Shown piece by piece: positions 33,090 to 45,215 of a stretch of 64,000 nt of DNA (its first letter is position 1; every line of letters starts with the position of its first letter). The notes under the pieces are model-generated. The model had not been told where the DNA came from, made no database searches, and was given only the letters and a program-made list of their open reading frames with translations. The stretch is taken from positions 26,970,001-27,034,000 of the forward strand of contig OX597828.1 in assembly GCA_951406725.2 (NCBI GenBank). The letters run 5' to 3'. The position numbers and the translations under genes are program-made. The stretch comes from Octopus vulgaris. Taxonomy: Eukaryota.

Positions 33090-33490
33090 AGGCGTAGGAG
33101 TGGCTCTGTAGTAAGTAGCTTGCTAACGAACTAGATGATTCCGAGTTCAGTCCCACTGCGTGGCACCTTGGGCAAGTGTCTTCTACTATAGCCTCAGGCC
33201 GACCAAAGCCTTGTGAGTGGATTTGGTAGATGGAAACTGAAAGAAGCCCGTCGTATATATGTATATATATATATGCATGTGTGTGTTTGTGTGTCTGTGT
33301 TTGTCCCCCTAGCATTGCTTGACAACCGATGGTGGTGTGTTTACGTCCCCGTTACTTAGCAGTTCAGCAAAAGAGACCGATAGAATAAGTACTGGGCTTA
33401 CAAAAGAATAAGTCCCGGGGTCCAGTTGCTTGATTAAAGGCGGTGCTCCAGCATGGCCGCAGTCAAATGACTGAAACAAGTAAAAGAGTA
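33090..33490 (+). mobile_element. Full-length family A SINE flanked by (TA)n
   Basis: Matches 29533-29936 end to end. Confidence 0.9.
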
Positions 33491-33965
33491 TATATATATA
33501 TATACATATTTGTTGTTTATTTTAAAATCAATTTTACATCACCAACATGGGTTAGATAAAAACATATTGTGGAAACATTGTTTTAGAGCTGGATGCCTTT
33601 CCCGCAGCTAACATTTGTGTGATTTTCCATGCAAGTTTTTCATACCATGCAGAACTACGGGATGATATGTTGAGAGGGAAATGACAGTGAAGATCTCCCA
33701 CTATAGCTCTTGTAATCCCAGATCCTAAACATTCTCGCACACAAGGGCTTTGTACAGTTTTCGTCTACCAAATACTCTCAGAAGGCATTTGTCAATCACT
33801 GGCAAAGGTAGAAGACAGATTTCCTGTCAATGTTGCTGTGCAGCAGTGCACAGAACTAGAAAGCATCTGGTTTCAAAACAAACTTCTTAATCACACTCCT
33901 GTGCCTGAATATGTCTATGTGTATGTATATGTGTACATGTTTGTATATGTGTATGTATCCATGTT

Positions 33966-34030
<65 letters not shown>

Positions 34031-34249
34031 ATTCATTTACATATGCTTATGTATGTGTGTTTCTGTGTCACACAAGAACTTTTGAAGATTCTGCAAATGG
34101 AATGTTTTTGGCATCATTCCAAAGGTCAAACAATATTATTAGATTTTCTTTTAAGAGGTATTGTCTGTAATGAAGTTTTTGTTTGTTGAATGAGGTGGAT
34201 GAATACAGATTTCTTGAAGGTAGTTGCAGACCTAATTCTTATCATACTC

Positions 34250-34255
<6 letters not shown>

Positions 34256-34294
<39 letters not shown>

Positions 34295-34408
34295 GCATAC
34301 ATACATATATATATATATATATGCACACACACACACATATATATATACATACATACATATACATACATACATATATATATACATATATATACACACATAT
34401 ATACATAT

Positions 34409-34443
<35 letters not shown>

Positions 34444-34556
34444 CACATTTATATATATACACATACATACACACACATATATATATATATATACACACAT
34501 ATATATATATACATATATATACATACATACATACATACATATATATATATATATAG
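34256..34556. repeat. Compound (TA)/(CA)/(TACA) microsatellite
   Basis: Directly visible. Confidence 0.95.
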
Positions 34557-34839
34557 ATGCAGGTGTGGCTTGGGCAAGTGTCTTCTACTATAGCCTTGGG
34601 TCAACCACAGCCTTCTGAGTGGATTTAGTAGACAGAAACTGAAAGAAGCCCATCTTGTGTGTGTGTTTGTCCCCCAAAACCATAACCATAATTCCCACTT
34701 CAACTCATAATTAAAAAGAGGTAACACAATAATTCCCATTAATTTATAAACTTCCAATCTATGAATGCAATCATTGCCAAACTCATACTGAATGACTGTT
34801 GTATAGCATTTTAGTTCATTGTACTGTTGTCATGAGGTT

Positions 34840-35067
34840 TTGGTGGTGCCAAGTCTTCTCAAATCTCAAACACCTTTCTGAGGATTCTTGCAGAATACAG
34901 AATTGCTCTTTTCTGCAGCTTCACAATATGAGTTTCAATTCCAAGATCCTTCGGCCTCTTAGCAATTTGGGTGGGATGCACCAATTATCATTGCAACAAT
35001 TGTCATCTTAGCCTTCCGCAATGTCTTCATTTCTCTGACTAGGTCCTGGTATTTCTCAATTTTCCCA
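34840..35067 (-). mobile_element. Dong/R4 restriction-like endonuclease C-terminus and stop
   Basis: KIEKYQDLVREMKTLRKAKMTIVAMIIGA then, after a frameshift, LQKRAILYSARILRKVFEI*. Confidence 0.75.
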
Positions 35068-36268
35068 AAATTTGTTGGTTTTGACAAAATCCAATAAGAC
35101 TGCACCATGCTTCAGTCTTTGCTTAGGCATGGTTTCCAGGGCTGGATTCTCTTCCTAATGCCAACCACCTGAAAGCATGTACTGAGCGCTTTTGTCATGT
35201 CACTAATTGTAGTGAGAACATCATGCAGTTTGCAACACTAGGGACCCAAGAGCAGGGGGTGGGCAACTTTGTGGTAGGATGTGACAAGCAAAGGATGGGT
35301 GAGAGTTTGAGAGAAGGGACCAGAGCATAACAGGTCCTTTGCTGTTGAGGAACTGCATTACAACTTTTCTGCAGCTTCTCAATATGAGTTTCAATTCCAA
35401 GATCCTTCAGCCTCTGAGCAATTTGGGTGGGATGCACCAATTATCATTGCAACAATTGTCATCTTAGCCTCTTGCAATGTCTTCATTTCTCTGACTAGGT
35501 CCTGGTATTTCTCAATTTTCCCAAAATTTGTTGGTTTTGACAAAATCCAATAAGACTGCACCATGCTTCAGTCTTTGCTTAGGCATGGTTTCCAGGGCTG
35601 GATTCTCTTCCTAATGCCAACCACCTGAAAGCATGTACTGAGCGCTTTTGTCATGTCACTAATTGTAGTGAGAACATCATGCAGTTTGCAACACTGGAGA
35701 CTCAAGAGCAGGGGGTGGGCAACTTTGTGGTAGGATGTGACAAGCAAAGGATGGGTGAGAGTTTGAGAGAAGGGACCAGAGCATAACAGGTCCTTTGCTG
35801 TTGAGGAACTGCATTATAACTTTTCTGCAGCTTCACAATATGAGTTTCAGTTCCAAGATCCTTCAGCCTCTTAGCAATTTGGGTGGGATGCACCAATTAT
35901 CATTGCAACAATTGTCATCTTAGCCTTCCACAATGTCTCCATTTCTCTGACTAGGTCCTGATATTTCCCAAAATTTGTTGGTTTTGACAAAATCCAATAA
36001 GACTGCACCATGCTTCAGTCTTTGCTTAGGCATGGTTTCCAGGGCTGGATTCTCTTCCTAATGCTAACCACCTGACAGCATGTACTGAGCGCTTTTGTCA
36101 TGTCACTAATTCTAGTGAGAACATCATGCAGTTTGCAACACTGGGGACCCAAGAGCAGGGGGTGGGCAACTTTGTGGTAGGATGTGACAAGCAAAGGATG
36201 GGTGAGAGTTTGAGAGAAGGGACCAGAGCATAACAGGTCTCTTGCTGTTGAGGAACTGCATAACAACT
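34908..36268. repeat. Tandem triplication, 456-bp unit
   Basis: CTGCAGCTTC at 34913, 35369 and 35825; the third unit has a ~10-bp deletion. Confidence 0.95.
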
Positions 36269-36744
36269 CACATTTTAGAAGTGAGTTTGCAGGTGATCAG
36301 GTGGAGTAGAATATGACTGAACCAGGAAACAGATGAAGCCTGCTCCTTCTCTTCAGAATTCCTGACATTTATGGAGATTCCAAGAGAGGAAGAGTGTGAA
36401 AGAAAAGGAGGATAAGGCTTCTACTAGGTTTAATTAATGGTTATCGAGATCCTTTTCTCCATGTCATGTGCCTGTAGTCTATGTGTATGTGGTATAGTTG
36501 TTGTTGTTGTTGTTGTTGTTGCTATTTAGCTGCAGGTCAGCTCTGATTGAGCAGGTCTATGATCAAAGCCATTCCAGCTGTGATGATGCAAGTTTTTCCA
36601 GCCACAAGGAAGACATTATGCAATGTGTAGCTCACTCACCCTCTTTTTTTTTTTGTTTTGTAAGATGGATCAGTGTGAATGGAATGGGATCTAGTTGCAT
36701 TTTCGAATTAGGGCCAGCAATCTTGTTAATTGGTTTGAAATATG

Positions 36745-37045
36745 GTGATGATGAATATGATGATGATGGTGGTGGTGGTGGTGTTGCTGGTGATGGTGGT
36801 ATTAGTGATAGTAAATGGCTGTGGTACAGGTAGAAATATTAGTGATGATGATGATGATGATGGTGGTGGTACTGGTGGTGGTGTTGCTGGTGATGGTGGT
36901 ATCAGTGATAGTAAATGGCTGTGGTACAGGTAGAAATATTAGTGATTATGATGATGATGATGATGATGATATAGGGATATAGCTGTAGTGATGATGATGA
37001 TGATGATGATGATAGGGATATAGCTGTAGTGATGATGATGATGAT
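36745..37045. repeat. (GAT)/(GGT)-rich region with a ~102-bp and a ~40-bp local duplication
   Basis: AGTGATAGTAAATGGCTGTGGTACAGGTAGAAATATTAGTGAT twice; ATAGGGATATAGCTGTAGTGATG twice. Confidence 0.9.
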
Positions 37046-37633
37046 GCTGACGGTGTTTGTGGTAAGGGTTGCAGTGCTTTATGGGCTGTTGAATGCATTG
37101 GTGATGAATAGGATGCTGGTAATAATAATGATGATGTTAGTACTACTGTTGATGGTGGTGGTGGTGGTGGTGGTGGTGTAGCTGTTGTTTCTGTTGTAGC
37201 AGACACACCTATGTGGGTAGGTCAAATTGTAAAGACATTTCCATGTTCCTTAATTGCATGGCGCTACAAATCAATTACTGCTTTCTCTGTTTATACCTCT
37301 GCATTCTCTGTCTCAGTCTCTTTCTCTCTCTCCTTCACACACACACACACACACACACTCTTTCTCCCTCTCTCTTTCTCTCTCATACTCATATGTGGGT
37401 ATCTATTTGTCTGTCTCTCTTTCTCTCTCTCTCTCTCACTCTCTCTTTCTCTCTCTCTCTCACTCTCTCTCTTACTCTCTCTCCACACACACACATTTAT
37501 GTGTGTGTGTAAAAAGAAAACATGTGAAAATATCTGTCTGTCTACCATAAATGGAGATATAGATATATATGTGTGTATGTATATGTGCATGGATATCTGT
37601 GTATAAAAATAGATGTGCGCGCGCGCGCGCGTG

Positions 37634-37676
<43 letters not shown>

Positions 37677-37725
37677 CAGGAGAGTGGGTGCATGTGTCAC
37701 TGCAATACTTTTATTTTTTAGTCGC

Positions 37726-37990
37726 TGGGTTTGGTATCCATTGCCTTTTTCTGGCCCTCTTTTTCTGGTTTGGCATCCATTCCCTATTCCTGGCCCTCTT
37801 TTTCTGGTTTGGCATCCATTCCCTTTTCCTGGTCCTCTTTTTTTGGTTTGGCATCCACCCCCTTTTTCTGGCCCTGTTTTTCTGGTTTGGGATCCATTCC
37901 CTATTCCTGGCCCTCTTTTTCTGATTTGGCATCCATTCCCTTTTCTTGGCCCTCTTTTTCTGGTTTGGTATTCATCCCCTTTTTCTGACC
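37726..37990. repeat. 39-bp minisatellite, ~6.5 copies
   Basis: Unit ~CTGGTTTGGCATCCATTCCCTTTTCCTGGCCCTCTTTTT. Confidence 0.93.
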
Positions 37991-38029
37991 CCCTCGACCT
38001 GTGTTATTGATGCCTTTAGTGTTCCTCTT

Positions 38030-38250
38030 GAACCTCTATAAATCAATGCCTGCAGGAAAAATATGAACATAAAGGGAATTCCAGAGTATACTGGAGAGAG
38101 AAGATCTTCAGCATAGGGATCAGTGTAGGGCCTCACAGGTTGTGGGGGTCAGGTAAACCAAATAGGTGGTGACAAGAGGAGGAGAGATGAGTTGATTGGG
38201 AACGTCTGGGTAGCGGTAACAGAAGTGCAACCTGCTCTGAGGAACTGAAG
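38030..38250 (-). mobile_element. Highly decayed CR1/Jockey-like LINE 3' fragment
   Basis: Minus-strand translation contains ILWNSLYVHIFPAGIDL, resembling the LWN.LP..FP...L..FK terminus. Confidence 0.45.
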
Positions 38251-38258
38251 CCATTATA

Positions 38259-38399
38259 TAAGGTTGTCCCAAAAGTTCGTAGAAAGTCTTAGAAAATAAT
38301 GGTCTTTATTTTGAGGAATAATTTTTGTTGTTTTTGTTAGTACTTGGCAAGTAAAAATTCAATTTTCGCAAGTGTTTACGAACTTTTGGGACAACCTAA
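38259..38399. mobile_element. Tc1/mariner-type MITE, 141 bp, TA target duplication
   Basis: TIRs AGGTTGTCCCAAAAGTTCGTA / TACGAACTTTTGGGACAACCT; TA at 38257-38258 and 38400-38401. Confidence 0.88.
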
Positions 38400-39577
38400 T
38401 AGTTTATGATATGAAAGGCAGAGAGACGAGACAATGTGCCTGGAAATCTTGTTTCTATTTTATTGACTTTTGCTGTCAGTGGGGTGTCATTGCATTATAT
38501 ATGTATTATATATGTGATAATTAAATTATATATAATGCACTTTATTGTGTTTTATTCTGTGCATGAAAAAATTGTCTTGCATGAAACTGATCTGGTGTGC
38601 AAAACCAAAAGTTTGGGAACTACTCCAGGATTTTAGTATTATGTACAGCAGCAGTTCTATCCCAGTTGAATGGGTCCACAGGGTGGTCCAACAAAGGGGC
38701 CACACCTGAGCTTTTATACTGTATCAGTAATTCTTGGTGGAGTGGGATAGGGTTGGGTGGCGCTGGTGAAGTAGCTTCTATCCCCATAGAGAAGCATCAC
38801 ACGTTGGGTTGAAGTTCTAACCATGTTAAATGCAAGGCCTCACTCCCAGGAGAGGGGTTTGCTTATAGTGAGGCCCACCTTTTGAAACAATTGTAAAAGC
38901 TCAAGTTGCATGCTGCTGGATTTGATTAAAGGAAATGCTTTGCAAGGATTTGTCTCTTTCTTTTTGATATGAATAGTGTTTATAACTTTGGGTTGTAAAG
39001 AATCAAGGTCCGCATATCTCCAGTGAAGGATATATTTAATGTATTTATTCATAAAATCATTGTGCATTTGGTAAATGGTGTTTAGGTATACAAGCTCATG
39101 GTACATGATTGGAAAATATTAAGCATTTAGCATAGCCATATCCTGGCCAAATTTTCTACCTGTTTTATTTCCAAACTGGTCAGTTCCTGCTTATCACACC
39201 TACCCTACAATGTCATTCTAAAAATCAGCCATCACATAAAAACCTTAGGGTTATGATTGTTTGAAAACAATAAATAAGCATTACATTTAATAGAGTAACC
39301 TGAATGCTAAAGGACGAAAGAAGGATAAAAGGTTATGCGCATAGGAATCGGTATTGTTTGACTTGAGTTACTGGTAAAGATTAGACAGAGACTGGGAGAT
39401 CCTAGGACATACTGGAGTTGATAGAGTGAGAGATGAAAGCACTGCATCTGTACACACTGTGATTGTGCAGTCTGACAGGAAACTGATGAAGCAGAACAAT
39501 GCAGAAATACATGCACCCTATGAACTGATGATGTCACTCACAGTCTAAAACAAAATGTATTTTTACACAAGTGTATT

Positions 39578-40022
39578 CTTTTATCCTTTTAGTCATTTGG
39601 CTGTAGCCATGCTGGAGCACCGCCTTTAGTCGAGTATATTGATCCCAGGACTTATTCTGTGTAAACCTAGTACTAATTATATCAATTTCTTTTGCCTAAC
39701 TGCTAAGTTATGGGGATGTAAACACAGTAGCATCAGTTGTTAAGTGATGTTGATGGGGGGAGGGACAAACACAGACACAAACATATATACACACATACAC
39801 ATACGTGCACACACACACACACACACAGACACATATATATATATATATACACATACATATATGACATGCTTCTTCCAGTTTGCGTCTACCAAATCCACTT
39901 ACAAGGCCTTGGTCAACCTGAGGCTATAGTAGAAGACACTTGCCCAAGGTGCCACACTGTGGGACTGAACCTGGAACCATGTGGTTGGTGAGCAATCTAC
40001 TTACCACACAGCCACTCCTATG
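39578..40022 (-). mobile_element. Family A SINE
   Basis: GCCATGCTGGAGCACCGCCTTTAGTCGAG...CTACTTACCACACAGCCACTCC. Confidence 0.88.
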
Positions 40023-40275
40023 TCATTTGTGTAGTTGAAGAATCTTCTCCTGGGGCTATTCTTGTAGGAATCAGTCTGATCACAACCGATCACAATTTAA
40101 CATCTTATACATAACTTTTCATGAATATGCTTTATTCAAATCTCTTTTGTGTGGGTGTATATATGTGTGTGTGATTTAATAAACACAAGATTAAAAGTAA
40201 GCTATTCAAATCCATTTGATTATTGTACTATCTCCTGTCTCAGGAGGAAACAAGTAGCAGTTCATATTTAAATCT

Positions 40276-40311
<36 letters not shown>

Positions 40312-40342
40312 AAAATACATGTGTGTGTGTGTGTGTGGGGGG

Positions 40343-40482
40343 TACAGGAGTGGCTGTGTGGTAAGTAGCTTGCTCACCAACCACATGGTTCTAGGTTCAG
40401 TCCCACTGTGTGGCACCTTGGGCAAGTGTCTTCTTCTATAGCCTCAGGCCATTTGGTAGACAGAAACTGAAAGAAGCCTATC

Positions 40483-40545
<63 letters not shown>

Positions 40546-40578
40546 TAAATTAGAGACAAAACCACTATTAGGCAAATC

Positions 40579-40610
<32 letters not shown>

Positions 40611-40818
40611 ATACTTGTATGTCTGTGTTTGTCCCCACCCACCATCACTTGACAACTGATGCTGGTGTGTTTACGTCCCCATAACTTAGCAGTTCAGCAA
40701 AATAGACTAATACAATAAGCACCAGGCTTACAAAGAATAAGTCCTGAGGTCAATTTCTACAACTAAAGGCAGTTCTTCAGCATGGCTGCAACCAAATGTC
40801 TGAAAGAAATAAAAGAAT
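40343..40818 (+). mobile_element. Family A SINE with expanded internal (TA)n and a short foreign insert
   Basis: Head CAGGAGTGGCTGTGTGGTAAGTAGC, tail GAAAGAAATAAAAGAA. Confidence 0.85.
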
Positions 40819-40836
40819 ATATATATATATATATAA

Positions 40837-41637
40837 AGGGCTGCAGAATTCAAAGATTAATTGTTTAATCGTTAATTTATTTTAATGATTAAACTTTTGT
40901 TTTAACGATTAAATTATTATTAATCAGTTTCAAATTTAATTTTCTATCCATCATTAATAAATGTGCCAGAAGTAAGGAAGTGATAGTAACAACAGTGAAA
41001 TGGCAGTAGAGAAGAATCGCGTTATGGAATATAAACGTTTATCGGGTCGATTGCATGAACATTTTGGATTTAAATTGTTGGTTGATGGAAATATCAAAAC
41101 TACCGATAATATTTATTGCATCCATTGCGACAAATCGTTTGCATACCATGGATCTAACACATCACTTACTTACCACTTTCAAAACAAACACTCACTACAG
41201 TATTTGAAACCTCAGCTCGCAATATCAGCTTCATTTAGCCAGTCTACAGCGGCGGTGTTATTTACCTTCAAGAAGACTACTTCGAGTCAGTTTTATTATT
41301 GGTTTGATCATCCAGTGAGTGCTACCATACAACGTGACATTAAAATATCACTTACAGTCTGGACAGCTAATAGTGGTTGACCAATATCGATAGTAGAAGA
41401 TGATGGTCTTCGGCAAGTATTGCGTACAGCACTTCAAAATACCGAACATAGACTACCTTGCCAGTGCACTATTGATAAAATGTTGGCTGATATTTATAAC
41501 AGTGAAAGCGAAAGTGTTTTAGAAGCAGTGAAAAATTCAAAGACAGTTCTGCTACCATCTGATTTTTGAACATCCTTAGGTAATGAAATTTATTGTGGAA
41601 TCACCAGCCATTGGATTGCTGATGACTGGAATTTAAT
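40837..41637 (+). mobile_element. hAT (Ac/ZBED1-like) transposon 5' part: terminus, BED zinc finger and start of the catalytic domain; pseudogenised
   Basis: AGGGCTGCAG terminus with GATTAA/TTAATCG subterminal motifs; ORF 41000-41380 has HFGF..CIHCDKSFAYHGSNTSLTYHFQNKH; continues *PISIVEDDGLRQVL..LPSDF*TSLGNEIYCGITSHWIADDWNL. Confidence 0.88.
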
Positions 41638-42596
41638 AGGTGTTTAGTAAGGTTAGAATTAGCAATGAGTATAGTGAAGAATTCCGGGTAGAAGTAGGAG
41701 TCCACCAAGGTTCAGCCCTCAGTCCCCTTTTATTCATCATAGTATTCTAGGCAATAACAGAGGAATTCAAGACGGGTTGCCCCTGGGAGCTCCTCTATGC
41801 TGATGACCTTGCCCTCACAGCAGAATCACTACCAGAACTAGAGAAGAAATTTCGGGTGTGAAAGCAACGTTTAGAATCAAAAGACCTTAGAGTCAATGTA
41901 GCAAAGACCAAAGCTCTAGTAAGTAGGAAGGCGAACACATCACCCACCCTCTCAGGTAGGTGGCCCTGCTTGATCTGTAGAAACGGTGTAGGTAGAAACT
42001 CCATAAGATGTATCCTGTGTAAGCTATGGACACATAAGCAGTGCAGCAACATTAACCAGGAAGATTAACCAGGAAGATAGCTTTCGTGTGCAGCAGATGC
42101 ACAGGGGCAATAAACACCACAGATGCTCAGAAAACAGATTCTATCACATGCCAGGGGGAGAAACTAGAAGTAGTTGATATCTTCCGTTACCTAGGTGACC
42201 AAGTTAGTAGCGGGGAGGGTGCTCAGAGAGTGTTACCACTAGAATAAGAATAGCCTGGGCAAAGTTCAGAAAGCTTCTACCCCTACTGGTGACAAAGGGC
42301 CTCTCGCTCGAAGTGAGAGGTAGATTGTATGATGTATGTGTGTAAACTGCCATGCTTCACTGCAATGAAACATGGGCCATGACTACGGAGGACATGCGTA
42401 GGCTCGAAAGGAATGAAGCTAGCATGATCCACTGGATGTGTAATGTCAGTGTGCATACACGACAGAGTGTAAGCGCCCTGAGAGAAGAGTTGGACATAAG
42501 AAGCATCGGATGTGGCGTGCAAGAAAGAAATTTACGCTGGTATGGTCATGTACTATGGATGGATAAGGAGAGCTGTGTTAAGAAGTGCCACTCCAA
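41638..42596 (+). mobile_element. RTE-clade LINE reverse-transcriptase fragment with an embedded PHD-like finger
   Basis: VGVHQGSALSPLLFIIV..CPWELLYADDLAL..LRVNVAKTK..LEVVDIFRYLGDQ..RIRIAWAKFRKLLP..ETWAMTTEDMRRLERNEASMIHWMC..RWYGHVL; internal stops. Confidence 0.93.
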
Positions 42597-42939
42597 AACT
42601 CTCCTGCCTGCGCTCCAGGGAGTAGAGACTTAGTGCTTTCGGTCATTCCCTGTAGTTCATCTGCTGGACTGTAGCGATCCTTTTTATATAGTGACGCTGA
42701 ATTCCTTTGAGTTCTGTTGTTAGCTTGACTTCTGCAGTTGGGTGGGATTTGAACTCAGAATGTAGAACACCAGAAGATAAAGAAGGTAATGCATCTCTGT
42801 GACTCTGCTACTCTCTCTCCTGCAGAATAACATGAAATGATGTGTTTTGCTCAAGAACCCAATGCACTGTCAAGTTCAGTAATTGAACCCACTATCTGGT
42901 GGTTGTGTGTGCAACACCCTAACCACCAGGCCACAAACC

Positions 42940-42980
<41 letters not shown>

Positions 42981-43549
42981 ACATAAATTCATTCACACAT
43001 GTACAATGGCCTTTATACAGTTTCTGTGTATCAGATTTATTCACAAAGCATTGGTTGACCCAGGGTTTTAACAGAACACACTTACCCAGGGACTGAACCC
43101 AAAACCATGTGGTTCATATGCAAACTGCTTAACCTCACAGCCATGCCTGCATCTATATATGCTCAAATGTGTTCACGCATGTGTGTGTGTGTGTGTGTGT
43201 GTGAGCATGTTCGCATATATCCGTTTGCAACAACACCAAATTAATCCGCTGTTGTGTGAAGTGATTGTAGACTGATTATAATTGGGTAATTGGTGTCGGC
43301 CAGAGAAGTCACACGGAGGCCACATGTATTTCCTTAACAGAGAGAGAGTTTACACACACACACACACATTCGTATATGTGTTCGTGTGTGTGTGTGCATA
43401 TAGTTATGTATGTATATGTCTTCATCACTAGCGTCAACCACCTCAATGGCTCACTGGCAGTAATTGGAAATAACAATAACAAAAAAAATAAAAGAAATCT
43501 GTTGCAGCCACATAAATGAAACCAAAGACAAAGTTACAAGAATCAATGC

Positions 43550-44210
43550 AACATCATCATCATCATCATCACCGTCATCGTCATCATCATCATAGTCATC
43601 ATCATCATCATCACCGTCATCGTCATCATCATCATAGTCATCATCATCATCATCATAGTCATCATCATCATCATCATCATCACCGTCATCATCATCATCA
43701 TAGTCATCATCATCATCATCATAGTCATCATCATCATCATCATAGTCATCATCATCATAGTCATCATCATCATCATAGTTATCATCATCATAGTCATCAT
43801 CATCATCATCATCATCAGTCATCATCATCATCATCATAGTCATCATCATCATCATCATCATAGTCATCATCACCGTCATCATCATCATCATCAGTCATCA
43901 TCATAGTCATCATCGTCATCATCATAGTCATCATCGTCATCATCATCGTCATCATCATCATCATCATCATAGTCATCATCATCATCATAGTCACCATCAT
44001 CATCGTCATCATCATCATTGTCATCATCATTCATCATCATCATCATTGCTGTTGTTTTGTGGGCTTCACAATCACCTCCGTCATTGTCTCCATTATCACC
44101 TGTGGTTATCATTGCCATCATTATCATTATCATCCTCATCATCCTCACCATCGTCATCATCATCCTCATCATTCACACTACCATCATCATCACCATCATT
44201 GTCATCAATA
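43550..44210. repeat. Long interrupted (CAT)n array
   Basis: CAT runs punctuated by AGT and CACCGT/CGT variants. Confidence 0.97.
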
Positions 44211-44539
44211 GTAGCAACATCAACCTAACCAAATTTAACTCCTAAAAGTAGTAGCCAAATCCCCCCTCTTTGAATCGTTCTCTCCTTGATCTGCAAGAAA
44301 TGACAACCAAATTTCGATCAACAGTTTATAGCAGCTAAATGTTGACCTTCTAGAAAAAGCAGGCAAATCTCCCTCCTCAAATCATGAGGACCATTTTTCG
44401 TTTTAAAGAAAGGAAATAGAATTGACACAGTGACTGACATAGTTTTGTATACCTTAGCCCAAATATAGACAGGATGGTCATGACTGGAATGCCTTTAATC
44501 ATAGCTGAAATCACCCAGCACTAAAAAAATAACCATATC

Positions 44540-45215
44540 ACTGACATCATCATCATCGTCATCATCATCATCATCATCTGCATTGTCATTGTTGTTTGTG
44601 GACAACATTGACAACAGCAACATTTTTAACTGCTGCTTCCTCTTCTGCTTTCTCCTCCACTTCATCATCATCATCATCATCGTCATCATCATCATTACCT
44701 TCTCTAGCAATAGCATGTGGTAGTCATCATCATTAACAACAACAACAACAGCAGCAGCAACATCGTTAATGCCACTAACCTCCTCTTTCTCTCCTCCTCC
44801 TCCTCATCATCATCATCATCATCATTATCATCATCATTAGCGATGCATTATGGTCATTAAGAAGTACAGTTGCAGCAATACCATCACTTTCGTTGTTATC
44901 ATCATCATCAGCATCATCATCATCATCAGCAGCAGCATCAGCATCATCATCATCAGCAGCAGCAGCATCAGCATCATCATCATTGCCAGGAATTTAACGC
45001 AGTCATCATTTACAACAACAACAACACTATCATCATCACCACCATCATCATAATCATCATCATCATCACCATGGCCAGTGTTAATAGCATATTGTGGTCA
45101 TCATTGACAACAGCAGCAGCAACAGCAGCCCTATCATTTTCATCATCATCATCATCATCAAGTTAGTAATGTATTGTGGTCATCATTAAGAACAACAACA
45201 ACAACAACAACAGCA
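44540..45215. repeat. Mixed (CAT)/(CAA)/(CAG)/(CCT) low-complexity region
   Basis: Directly visible. Confidence 0.9.

Noticed and set aside
37726-37990. CRISPR-like array
   Set aside because: Units are contiguous with no unique spacers; eukaryotic context and no cas genes
43451-44245. Poly-His / poly-Asp / poly-Met proteins
   Set aside because: Frames of a (CAT)n microsatellite; no independent coding evidence
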